Shown here piece by piece: positions 23,663 through 35,900 of a stretch of DNA of 64,000 bases. The notes below the pieces were generated by a model, which saw nothing but the letters and a program-made list of their open reading frames with translations, searched no databases and had not been told where the DNA came from. The DNA is from Ramazzottius varieornatus. Its lineage: Eukaryota; Animalia; Tardigrada. Positions within the stretch are counted from its first letter, which is position 1; each line of letters opens with the position of its first letter. The translations under genes were made by a program, and so were the position numbers. Location of the stretch: contig BDGG01000007.1 of the NCBI GenBank assembly GCA_001949185.1, forward strand, positions 817,971 through 881,970, written 5' to 3'.

Positions 23663-25116
23663 TTATGATCCGATTTGTTCCGGGCAGTCTTTGCGATGAG
23701 GTACGGAGTCACAGCGACATGGTCCACAGGGTCCTTCGTCGAAGTTCCTGTTCGGCTGCAGGTTGAGAGGACCAAGACCAAGGCCGCGCTGTTGGGGTCT
23801 TTCTCCATTCCCAGTGATATAGTCCATCTGAACATATGGGATATCCTTTAGCAGCTCTTTGGCTCGATCACGGATGAATTCGATGTGTGCGGGCTTGGAT
23901 GAGCACAGCCAAACGTAGATGCGATAGAACTGGCCCTTGACCGTGATGGACACTCCGTTGACGAAGCCGGAGTACGGAACCCAGCGTTCCTCAATGCAGT
24001 GAACCATCAGGTCCCGCCAGAAGTTGTCCACGATTTGCGGGAGCTCAGTTACCCGGAAGATAATTTTCCAGCGTCCACCTTCGACGTTTTCCGTGTCGTT
24101 CCAGTCGGGCCATACTGGCCGGCGTCCGAAACCGCCACGGAAGAGAGCGAGTTCGCGCTTGGCCGATAACTCGGACGGGGGCTTGACCGAGTTCCACATG
24201 CCCCAAAATTGCTCCTTGTAATCGAATGTGCACATTGGTTTCATTCCTGTCAAAAGTCAACAGGCACTCACGTGTTGAAGCTTTTGCAGAAACAATAACA
24301 GTGGTGCCTGATTCCTCATGTCATCGTACTAACTAAAACGGTCAGACAGTGAACTTGGTACATGCACAACGAGAAATTATGGGTCAGTAAAAATTATGGA
24401 CTAGTCCTTTTCGCTACGGCGGTACGGAATAACGTCGTACGCGACTGATTTACAGCATTACACTCTTGGCCACTTTTCTACGTTCGAATTTCAATTTACC
24501 GTTTTCTCCGCCTGGCGCAAAAGTTTTACTGGCCCAAAATTTTTTCGTCATGCGTGCACTGTACGTCACAGCGCCTGCCACCTCACTCAGAACTTTGGCA
24601 AAGCGAACAGGATATGCGGGAAACTTACTGACTATAGTGCACTGACGGGAATAACTTACCCTCTTTCCAGTCGGCTTCGGTGCCTCCTTCGCTCGAGATA
24701 TGCCAGTACATCCACGACGATCCTAACTTGACTCCCTTCTGCGTCGGTTCCGGCTTGGACACCAACCGTTTTGATGCTTGATCAAACTGGTCACCAGCTC
24801 GACGTTGCGGCACCAGTTGGTTAGCTTTCTTCATCCCATCCATCGGTCCGTAACTCGGCACGAGACGATCCAGGGGTCCGGCATTACCATACTGCTTCAT
24901 GTCTATGGGCGGACCATACTTGAGGCTTTCGCGATGGGTGTTGTGCATGGGCCAAGCGCCATCTGGATGGAAGCGGCCATATCCCATGACCATTTCCTGG
25001 TCAAAGTCGGAGAAACGCGCAATGTCCGCACCCGGGTACAGGTCGCCTGTGCTGCAGCTGTCGTACGAGTTGCTGGTTTCCGCCCTCATCGACGGATTCA
25101 AAACGTTCATATTCAT
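23663..25116 (-). CDS. Divergent eIF4E-family protein with a long N-terminal extension (two exons)
   Basis: Intron 24659-24247 joins SSWMYW..DWKEG|MKPMCTFDYKEQFW..LFRGG..PDWND.EN.EGGRW..W..GVSITVK..RIYVW, which is the eIF4E Trp pattern. Confidence 0.85.
24361..24556. mobile_element. MITE family D copy 2, in the eIF4E intron
   Basis: TA|CATGCACAACGAGAAATTATGGGTCAGTAAAA ... TTTTACTGGCCCAAAATTTTTTCGTCATGCGTG. Internal TCCTTTTCGCTACGGCGGTACGG is the reverse complement of the copy 1 segment. Confidence 0.7.
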
Positions 25117-26990
25117 TTCTTTCGACGGCGAAATTATCTTATGGGGTTGGAATTAACTAAACACGCTACTAAAGACTTAATAGAACAACAGCAACATGCT
25201 TCCTCATCTCACCAACAGGACAAAAACCTTCAAAAACAAGCTTACTACACCAACAAGAACTTTCCCAATGTTGCTTCGTAACGTGACCTTTGCAGCACTT
25301 TAAACTAACCGGTGTCCACCTGAAAAATAATAGGTTTTCGTGGCCTGAATCCGCCCTTCCGCTGCGAAGAGATGCTCGACGGAGAATGAAGGTACAATAG
25401 CGCTATCTGTATGCTTGACTCATGGATCGATAGGTACCGACACACAATCCGGTTTACTTCCTTGTTCAAAGTACGCACATGCGTGCCAGGCTAGTCAAGC
25501 ATTTCTGCCTCGAAAATCAATTTTACAGCAGCATGGGCAATTTAACTGCCTTGCCTGGATAGTTGTTCACGCTGAAGTTGCTTCGTCGGCTTCTATGCGT
25601 AATAGTACTGAGCACACTTGGAGGCTACATCGTTTGAAATTTCACCCAGTTCACAGCGTAGGTTAGAGGAAAGTCGAAGCCATCTGCACTACGGCACATG
25701 TAACAACCACAACATCCTTTTCTCACTCCCCGATTCTTTGCATGTTTAACGCGAAGAAGCACGCTGTGGTCTAGTTTAATCAGTCTAAAAATATCCCGTG
25801 TTCATTTCAACCACAACAAATCGAAGCCGTTTGGATTACCGACTTTGAGGTCAAAATATTCCGTTGTATTGATCCGGTCGGAATATTGATCACATTTATT
25901 ACCAACTGAGAAGATCGTATCAAAGTTTCTGTGAGCAAGGGTAAGTTTCATAATTCATAAGGAGTTCTGCTAGCCGGAAATTTTCCGAAGATTTTTCAAC
26001 CTGCTTTTACCAAAGTCGAGGAATGTGTCAGTAGTATCTCTTGATTAGCTTTCTGTCTGAAAGACTTGTCGTTAGGCAAGACCGGTTTCATGATTTATGG
26101 TGAGAAATCATCATGGCTTGTTCACGAGCAAGACTGAAATGGAACGAACAAACGCCGGCAAACTTCAGCACAGTATGGTGAACGAGTAGGTATTTTGACG
26201 GTGAGTCAACTGTGGAGATATTTTCGTAGTTTGCAATCACAATCAAAGATTGGCTTAGCAGGGTGTACAGATGTGCTGGACGACTTTCCATAGTCCGGCA
26301 CGCATGCCCAAGATGCTGACCATCAGCCGCGAGAAGGTCTATATTCTACACCATAAGCCCATAACTGAACTGCATCAGCATTGAGATGATCGACTAAGCC
26401 AGAGTCAACACCAAGCCTCAATTCAAATCACTTGACTTCGTGATAACAATAACACGAAAAACGCCGATGCCGCAGCCAGAGAGTCCGGCACGAAGCGGAA
26501 CTGGTGACGGACTCTAAGCTACTGAAGGCTAACTTAATTAGCATTCGCTTTGAGTATCCAGAACTTGCCGTCGCATAAAGATTATTCTCTAAAGCTTAAC
26601 GTGGTGTCCGTTTCATGATGAGACGAGGATACCTCAGGTATTTGAGCGGATTTGCCGCTTTCCTACGATTTTTTGCGGCTTTGGTGCGGCAAGGTTAACC
26701 TTGGCTGTGGGGATACAGTCAGTACCGTACTGCCGTATCTCGCCTATGACGTAAGCCCCACCGTACCGCAAGAGCCGGACCGAGCCAGACGGCCTCAACT
26801 TGCGGTATGAATGACGTCTGGTTTGCACTGTATGGTTTAAATTCAGTTGGTCTTGTTTGTGCTATCGTTCCATTCAGCATTTCCTCCTTTCCGCTTACCG
26901 TATTTCCGAGTTGCAAAACATCCCTTGATCTGATCTGATTCAGGTTGTTCTGTTTACAGGTATCTGACCATCGGCAAGTGATCGGGCAAG

Positions 26991-29900
26991 ATGGCAACGG
27001 AGCCCGAGCCAGTCAACCCCACGCAGATTCGTGTCCTCGAGACGGTGGAGGATATCCAGAATCGCCGTCATGAAGTGCTGTCCCACTATGATGAATTCAA
27101 GAGAGAGACCATCGAGAAGCGTCACCGACTAGAAGATGAACTGCGCTTTCAATATTTCCGTCAGGATGCCAACGAGATGGAATCATGGCTGTATGAAAAG
27201 CTGCAAGCTGCGTCAGACGAATCCTTCGTCAAAGACTCCACCAACATCAACGCCAAACTGGTCAAGCATCAAAACTTCCAGGCTGAAGTCGAGCAGCAGT
27301 ACAAGATTCAGATTGCTCTAGATGGTGAAGGTGGCAAGATGATTTCAGGCCAGCATCTGCGGTCGCAGTTGATCCAGGTATGATAATTTGATGTTATACG
27401 TATGGGTTTTAAGGGGTGGAGGCTTGTATGTACGTGCATGTCGTTTTGTCGAATGCGCGCACGCGCACCTTGTGAGCATGGCGTGCATCTGCACATTTTG
27501 TGGATGCACATACCGGAACCTTCGTCCCCTCATTTTGAACTTTCGACGCGCGTTAATTGAAACAGCTGCACTGACGTCACGTTTACAAGGTTTCCATTAT
27601 GGAAAACGCACGATTTCTAATGTGTCGTTTCATCTCGGTTGTAGGAACGGTTGGACCAACTCCACCGTCTTTGGGATCTTCTTCGCCAGAAGCTCAGCGA
27701 ACGGAACATCCGGCTGGAGCAGTCCCGGAAGTTGGCCGAGTTCTTACGCCAATGGGAAGAAATGATGTATTGGATTCGTGACAAGGAGACATGGTTAATG
27801 ACAGACGATGCAGGGCGCGATTTGGAGCATGTCATGAACATGCAGCGAAAATTCGATGACTTTCAGAAGGTACCATTGCGCAGTTCGCACACAATACACA
27901 TTCCTTATCAGTTTAGAATGGAATGTCAACTTTATGGGTGCTTGCTGTAGGAATTGTCCGGGCAAGAGCGACGCGTCGTGGATATTGAAAACCTAGCAGG
28001 CCGTCTGATAGACCAAGAGGCTCACCCTGATAAGGACCTGATTGATGAGCGCCGTCGCACATTGCGTGAGAGCTGGAATCGCCTGCGTGAGCTGTCAGTC
28101 CGCAAGCAGGCCAAGCTACTGGGTGCTCAGGAAATTCAGCGCTTCAATCGGTAAGGCTCTCAGTGATCCTGTCTCCTTATCCCAAATTATCGATCCGTTT
28201 TCCCTTTCTGAACTGGCTGAAAAGCACTTCCGTGAATCATTGCCCGGTCAGTTTCGCTGTTTCAATGTCACACCCCGGGGGAAATTTGCGACGACTGATC
28301 GCAAAGATCGCCATCTTAGGTGGCGCGCGGCTCGAGCCAACGCCAAGGAAAGTGTGCGTCACTTGAGATGACGATCGTGTGCGTAACGTCTGGCGACCTC
28401 GCAATTGCATTATACATTACCAGACTTGCGTTCTTACATAACGCACACAACAAGTCTTCATTATTCACGAGTTAACCACAGAAAAGACGAAGTTAGATAG
28501 CGCAAAGGATAATCTTTCACAACACAGCAAGTCGAGGTACTTTCTTGAAGGTGTTAGGTAAGCCCCATTGTTCAGGTTTGACAAAACGATGCCTTCGATC
28601 TTGCGGAATATTCAGCTCAGGCGGCTGCTCGGTTGATGGTCCGAAAAGGGCAGATGAAAGCGGTGGTATAGTGAGTTCTGTTGGGGATGAAGTAGCAGTT
28701 GAGTCTGGGTCTGAACTCGACTTTTGGACTTCGGACAGGAAGCTCGTCACGGGCAGATCATTCGATGACTGGACGTCTGAGACATTTTTTGAGGATGGGT
28801 CGAAATCGTCTTTGAATGATTTAGAGATAAGAGCAACGATTGAGCTGGGCGGAAGTGAGACCGGTGTGGTGGTAATTGTAACCGTTACTTCGAACAGCGG
28901 ATGGTTAACATTTTCCTTCCTAGCGAAAGTTCTTCGGGAGGACATTGTCGTAGCGTCGTCAGGATGAACGATACTTGTCTTCGCAGTAGGGAGGTTTTTC
29001 ATGAAATCAGATGGTAGATCACGGGAAGGATATTCAGTTAACATGTAACCGTACTCGTCACCCTCGTAGTCAGGCGGAGATGTTGTGGTGTGGTATCGGG
29101 GTCTTTGTCGTGTTTTCGGTCTTTGAGTATACGTATCATCTTCGGTTACGATGGAGAAAGGGTTATCGAAACCGTCGTTTTGTAGTTCGACAGAAGTGGT
29201 TATGATGACGGAGGATTTCTTCCGGTGGATGTGTGGACGACGGTAGCGGCGCCTGGTGCTCAGGATTTTTTCTTCGGACTCGTCGTACTCTTCGGGATTA
29301 GTTTCTTTCGAGTCTTCGTAGTCGTCTGGTGGTAGGGTAGTGGTTCTTCGTCCCCGTTGGCGTCGTTGTCTTTTTGGGGAGGGCGCAGTGTTCTCTGTGG
29401 ATGGTGACGGAAACCGTAGAGTCTCTGTCGAGGGAACTACCGATGCTGAACGGGTCGAGGTCGAAAAGGTGGAAGCAGTTGTGGTACGCGGTTTTGTCGC
29501 TCTTGTGGGGGTGATACTGGAAGTTGGGCTAATGTCTGATGATGTATCTGGCGTAGCTATCGAAACTGATGACGAAGTTGAAACTGTAGCGCTTGTTAAA
29601 TGTGATTCTTGGCTGATTTCCTGGGTGGCCCGTAACCTCAAGGAAAGTCCCGATGATCTTCTGGCGGTGCCCTGATCTCCGCTGGAAAAGCTGGGCTCCT
29701 CGGTCGTCTGTATATTTTTCCGCTTGTTCTTACGTCGCTTCGTAGTGTCAAAAATCTCGATAGGCGGAACTGTCACCTAATCGACGAAGAAAAACGTTTT
29801 AAAAGTAGTTTGGTGGCATAAATTTGGTGAAAGAAAGCATCGTTTCACCTCGTCTGGAGCAGCCGCGGAGAAGGGCGGCTCGGTCGTGGTCTCACCGGTG

Positions 29901-32900
29901 TCCGCTACCTGCTGCATCGGTACTTCGGCTATGGTGAACGTCGTTGTTACCTCGATCGCGGCGGCGACACTTGCCTTACTCCCATCTGAGTTCTTTATAC
30001 TTGTCGGAATGGCACCGATCTTTGCTTGGATTGGCTCGTCCCCTTTCTTTTTATCTTTGTCGGAGCCTTTGTTCGTCACTGTGGACGTAGTGGTCGTCGT
30101 AGTTGTTGGCACAGAGGTGGTAGTTATGGGTGCTGTAGTCGTAGTCTCGACGGTCTTGATCTTTCCTGGCTTGTTGGTCGCTGTAGTTTCGGGAATAGCT
30201 GGCGCTACATAAACCCCGGTCGTTGTATCGTCTGAAAATAATCCATACACCGGTCTTCCACTCGGCACTCCACTTCCCTCGTAGCCAGTAGTACCACCAT
30301 ACGACGACCCATACTCTGACATGGGTCGATGAGGTAACACTCCATAAGGTCCCGGTGTCGTTTCATACTGACCATACTGACCATTCGGTGGATACACCGG
30401 ATATTGCGGGTATGGTTGCAGGTACAATGGTGGTCCGATAGCGTAGGGTATTTGCAGTGTGTTCTGAAGGTCCTGCGGGAGTTGATTGGGTGGCACGTAT
30501 CCAGGGTTGGTTATGATGGGGTAAGCTAAGTTGGTGGGTGCTGGAGGATACGGAGGAAATCCGTAGACTGGAGGTGAGGTAACGTATGGGGAAGAAGGTC
30601 GTTGGGGAGAGTAATACCATTGGGAGTTTTGGGAAGGTGGTGGGTAGGATGGTGGGTATGGAGAGAAGGTGTTGGGTGGTAGTGGGACCGTGAAGGTGAC
30701 GGTGCGGCCATCGGAGCTGTTGGTGATGGAGAGGATTTGGCCTGGGGGGACGGGTGGCATGTTGACGAGTGAAGCTGTGAGGCTTCCTGCGCCGTTGAAA
30801 TTGGCGGAGAAGAGAGGGAATAGGGTGTTGGGAGGGTCGCGAGGGATGGAAGTAGGCAGGAGGAGCGCGTTGGCTAGAACGGAGGACTCCACTGCCGAGA
30901 CTATTTTAACGGAAAAGCGAAAGAGTGATATAAAGAAGAATAACGAATTGAAACGCAAAGAAGTGAATCGAGCCATGATGTCTTGCTTATATCGGTCTTG
31001 ATAAACTTCGTTTCTGTGGTCAGGCAGAAGACAATCGTTTGGAAGAAGATAGATTGACTTGAAATGAGAGACTTTTGCCCGGTGGCGATGACTTGGTCCG
31101 AATAAGCGTGCGAAGATCCAAATACGAAAATGTTGTCACGGAAGGATAGTAAAGTTTTCTTCGCGATTTCGAAGGCGAAAAAATAAAATCCAAGCTTTTT
31201 ATTGGTTTTGAGTAATTTTGGAATAGTATTTGAATTTTATTTCAAATTTAGGGATGCCGATGAGACGTTGATTTGGATTGGTGAACGCGAAGTGGCGGTG
31301 CAGTCCGATGATTTCGGCAAAGATTTGCCGTCGGTCCAAGCACTGCTCCGGAAACACGACGCGGCGGAACGTGACTTGTTGGCGTTACAAGAAAAAGTGA
31401 CGTTGTTGATGGAAGATGGCGCACGCATGCGCGATTCGCACCCAGATGAAGCGGCGCAGATTGACGAAAAACTGGCTGAAGTGACGCGCCGCTGGGAGGC
31501 TCTGCGCTCCCGAGCCACTGCTCGCAAGCAACGACTGGACGACTCGCAGCTCGTTCATCGCTTCTTGTCGGAGTACCGCGACTTGATTGGCTTCATCCAC
31601 GATACACAAGGTTTGTCAAAAACAGCACGTTTAGAAATCGAGACGTCAGAAAAAAATATCACGCAAATCGTTGTCGCAGTGGCGCAGATTTCCAGCCAAT
31701 ATTAATCAAAACGTGCGGCACTTGAGGTAACGATCTGTGTGAGGTCATTTTCCGACGTCCCAAATTGTGTGTCTTGTAATCAAATTTGTAGCGTTACCGG
31801 AATGTTCAAGTGTCTCTGTGTTAATCCTGGGCATGTCTCTAGGGGCAATGAAGGCCGACGAGCTGGCAAAGGACGTCTCTGGCGCGGAAGCCATCTTGGC
31901 TCGCCACAATGATCGCAAGTCACAGATCGACGCCCATGAAGAGTCCTACCACAGCACGGTACAGTTGGGAGAAAGTCTCATTCAGACTGGTCATCACGCC
32001 GAAGCCGACATTCAAGACAAGGTAAGCTATGAAGTTTCTCGCCCTTGCTCAAAATTAGAACGACTCCTTTTGATAAGAGAAAGACGTCGTCTGAGAAATG
32101 GGCCGAAAAAATTGTCGAAAATCTGGTTGAGCGAAAAGTCTGTCGAATTTTTGATAGCTTTACTACATTTGGACCAGCCACATGAATAATCTTTTTTCAG
32201 TTGAACAACCTGCGTGCAGAGTGGCAGTCTCTGCAAGACTTGTGGCACGAACGCCGCATCGCCTTCGAGCAGAACATGGACTTGATGCTGTTCTACCGGG
32301 ACACGGAACAAGCCGAGACTTGGTTGGCCAAACAAGAGGCTTTCTTGTCCAACACGGACATTGGCGAATCACTGGACGATGTCGAGTCGCTGCTGAAGAA
32401 GCACGAAGACTTTGAGAAATCTCTGGAGGCACAGGAAGCCAAAGTCCAAGCTTTGGATGATTTCGCTGGCAAAGTAAGCAGTCATAGGAATCGCTAACAA
32501 TTTCGAATTAATTTCACTGGTTCAAATTTTGTTTTAGTTGATCGAAAATCAGCATTACGCAGCTGACGAGGTCTCCAAGCGTCGAACTGAACTTCTCGAG
32601 CGTCGAGAGGCCTTGTTGGAGCGAGCCAGCAAGCGCCGACAGTTGCTGGAGGAAGCTGCCAAGGTTCAGCACTTCCTCCGGGAGTCAGATGAAGCTCGAG
32701 CTTGGATCAACGAGAAGACCAAGATTGCTTCGGACGAGAACTACTTGGACCCGACCAACTTGGCTGGCAAATTGCAGAAACATGCCACGCTGGAAGGCGA
32801 AATCCGCGCCACTCGAAGTACTATTCCAGAAATCCAATCAAATATTTGCTAGTTAAGGGCCACAAAACAAACGCGACAAGATTGTTTTCCCAGGTGCTAC

Positions 32901-35900
32901 ACGCTTCCGCCAATAATAACAGAAACGTGCATCACTTGGAAGAAAAATCTTACCGACATTTTTTTTCAAGTGGCGCTCAACGTCGGTACAAGCTGAAGAT
33001 ATGCGCCACTCGAAAGAAAGATCTTGTCGAGTTTGCTTGCCGAGCTTCCACTTTTCCGTCTAATGATTTTTTTTATTTGTTTTTCTTCGTTCTAATGTTT
33101 TCTGGATTTTGTCCTGTAGGTCGGATCGATGAAATTAATCAGCGTGGGCAAGAGCTAATCAACCGTGGACATTACGCGTCCGACCAAGTTCAGCGAAACT
33201 TGGATGACTTGAACTCTTCCTGGACTAACTTGGAGAGACAGGTGGCAAACAAGGGTGGGCGACTGCAGGAGGCCAACGAAGGCCAGTCCTTCAACCGCGA
33301 TGTGGATGATGTGGAAATGTGGCTGGCGGAGGTGGAGGCCCAACTGGCTTCCGAAGACCTGGGCAAGGACTCTGCCTCGGCTTTAAATCTCCAGAAGAAG
33401 CATGACTTGCTGGAACAGGTTGGAGAAAAGACCAAAATCATATTCTTTTAGGAATATAGTAAGGTTGGTTTGTCGTTCAAACAGGATATCTTGGCTCATC
33501 AAGATCGCATCGATCGGGTTTCAGCGGAAGCCGACAAGCTCGTCCAGGCTAACCATTTCGATGCTCCCAATGTGGCTAGCAAACGGGACCATATGTTGCG
33601 TCGCTTCGAAGCTCTGAAGGTACATTACCCAACTCACAACTCCGAGAGCGATTTTCGTCGTAAACAGAGAAGTCGATGGACTTTAGTTTCTTGCGTTAGT
33701 GCACCTGCATTCTCAGTGCCTTACGTTTACTATGGTGCGCCGTACGCATGTGCATGCAATTTAGGATTGTTTCTCAACCTGCATACCGCAAGCTGTGGTT
33801 TTACTGCGCTGTTTCAGTGTGCAGGTCATGCGAGTCCTCTTGTGTTTGAGAGTCCATTGGACCTTGCTATAAGTCATTTTTATCATCTCCAGCCATGATC
33901 GTCCTGAGAAGAAGTTGACTCAGTACATTGGATAATAATTCGGACTTGTGTTTTCAGGAACCCATTCGACGACGTCGTTCTCGCTTGGAAGATTCACAGC
34001 GTCTTCACCGTCTCTACCGCGACTTGGACGATGAAGAAGCGTGGGTGCGAGAGAAAGAGCCGGTGGTGTCTTCTCAGAACCGTGGAAGAGACTTGATGGG
34101 CGTGCAGAACCTGATCAAGAAGCACCAGAGTGTCATGAGCGAGATCGCGGCTCACGAGCCCCATGTTGAAGCTGTGGCTCGTGCTGCTGACGACCTGGTG
34201 GACCAAGGACACTTCGCCGCTCCCGACGTCCGGGATCGACGCAACGCGCTGGTTGAACACTGGAACTACTTGAAGAACAAGTCGGCACAGAGGAAGCAAG
34301 ACTTGGAGGACTCTCTGCAGGCACATCAGTACTTTGACGCCGCCAACGAAGCCGAGGTAAGACAGTTCCTTATCTTGCACGTACCTGCATACATTCATCG
34401 CCGTATAAATAAGAGAAGTCACGTATTCAGGTGCTGGCAAGCTTAAACGTTTTCCTGCTGATCTTCCAGATATGTTGTTCGAACACGCAAATTGTTCGTC
34501 CAGTCTGAGTTTCTTTATAGGCTAGAATGGCTGAGTGGCAGCCCGTGGTGCTGAGTCGTGATATCGGAAGGGATGAGGACTCGTCGGAGGCTGCGTTGAA
34601 GAAGCACGAAGCAGTCATGGTGAGCTCCGTCTCAATGAGCTGACAGTCTGCATGCTTAGGTGCTGAATTATGATGTTGATGAGTGTTTTTGCTTTTGTAG
34701 GCCGATGTGGTGGCGTATGGATCGACCATTCAAGATTTGAGGAACCAGGCTGAGGCATGCAAGCAGCGGGACATCCCCGTCCTGCTGCCTTATGGACGCG
34801 AAGTGGCTACGGCCACCTTCGACTACACGGAAAAAAGTCCACGAGAAGTGTCCATCAAGAAGGGCGATATCGTCACGGTGCTGAACAACCGTGATAAGAA
34901 TTGGTGGAAGGTTGAAATCAACGACAGGTGATTCTTTATTACGTCAGAAAATATTCGTAAATAATTTGATGTTAATTTTGTGCCGATGTTTTCCAGACAA
35001 GGCTTCGTTCCGGCGAGTTACTTGAAGAAAACCGACTCGAAATTATCGGCCAGTGAGCAAAGCCTGATGGACCAGAACACCATCAACGCCAAGCAGCGCC
35101 GCATCGAACAGTTGTACGAGACGCTGCTCACTTCCGGTCGTAGTCGCAGTGATAAGCTGAAGGAGTCGCTCAACGCCTTCGTCTTGGCTCGAGAAGCCCA
35201 AGAATTGGCTCAATGGATCAAGGAGAAGCAACAGTTTGCAGCGCATCAAGAAATTGGTGAAGACTTGGAACAGGTCGAAGTTATGCAGAAGAAGTTCGAC
35301 GACTTCCAGGTAAAAAGATGAATGAATGTTTTGTTATGTTCAACTTTGGGTTTACAAAATAACTTGAAAAATTTCGCGTGGTACTGACAATTGCCGAAAT
35401 TGCTGGGATGAATGCGACAATGTTTTGCAGCGTATAGAGGAATGTTAGTAACTGATCATGACTAAAATAGGAGCTCCGTTAGTGGCGCACGCTTTCAACC
35501 AGTGACACCGATGATATGCGCCACTTGGAAAAACAGTCTTGTCGAGTTTGTTTTCTGAGCTGTTACTGAGGATGGAGGGGAATTTTTCCTAAGTCTGAAT
35601 TCTGATGTTTCTTATGATTGTAGGCCGATATGCGAACCCATGAGGAACGTCTAAAGGAGATGAACCAGGCCGCTCAGCGTTTGAAGGATCTTGGTCACAC
35701 CGAGGCGGCCATGCGCATCCAGACGCAGATCGAAGAGCTCAACCAGCAATGGACCACTCTGCAGACCATCACCAAACAGCGCGCTGTCCAGTTGGGCAGT
35801 GCTCATGAGGTGCAACGCTTCCACCGAGACGCGGATGACACCAAGGACTGGATCCACGAGAAGCAGGAGGCTTTGGACAGCAACGATCTGGGACATGATC

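Noticed and set aside
27420-27520. TGCA/CGCG-rich stretch in spectrin intron 1 as a family B copy
   Set aside because: No arm pair at the 30-nt spacing could be aligned.
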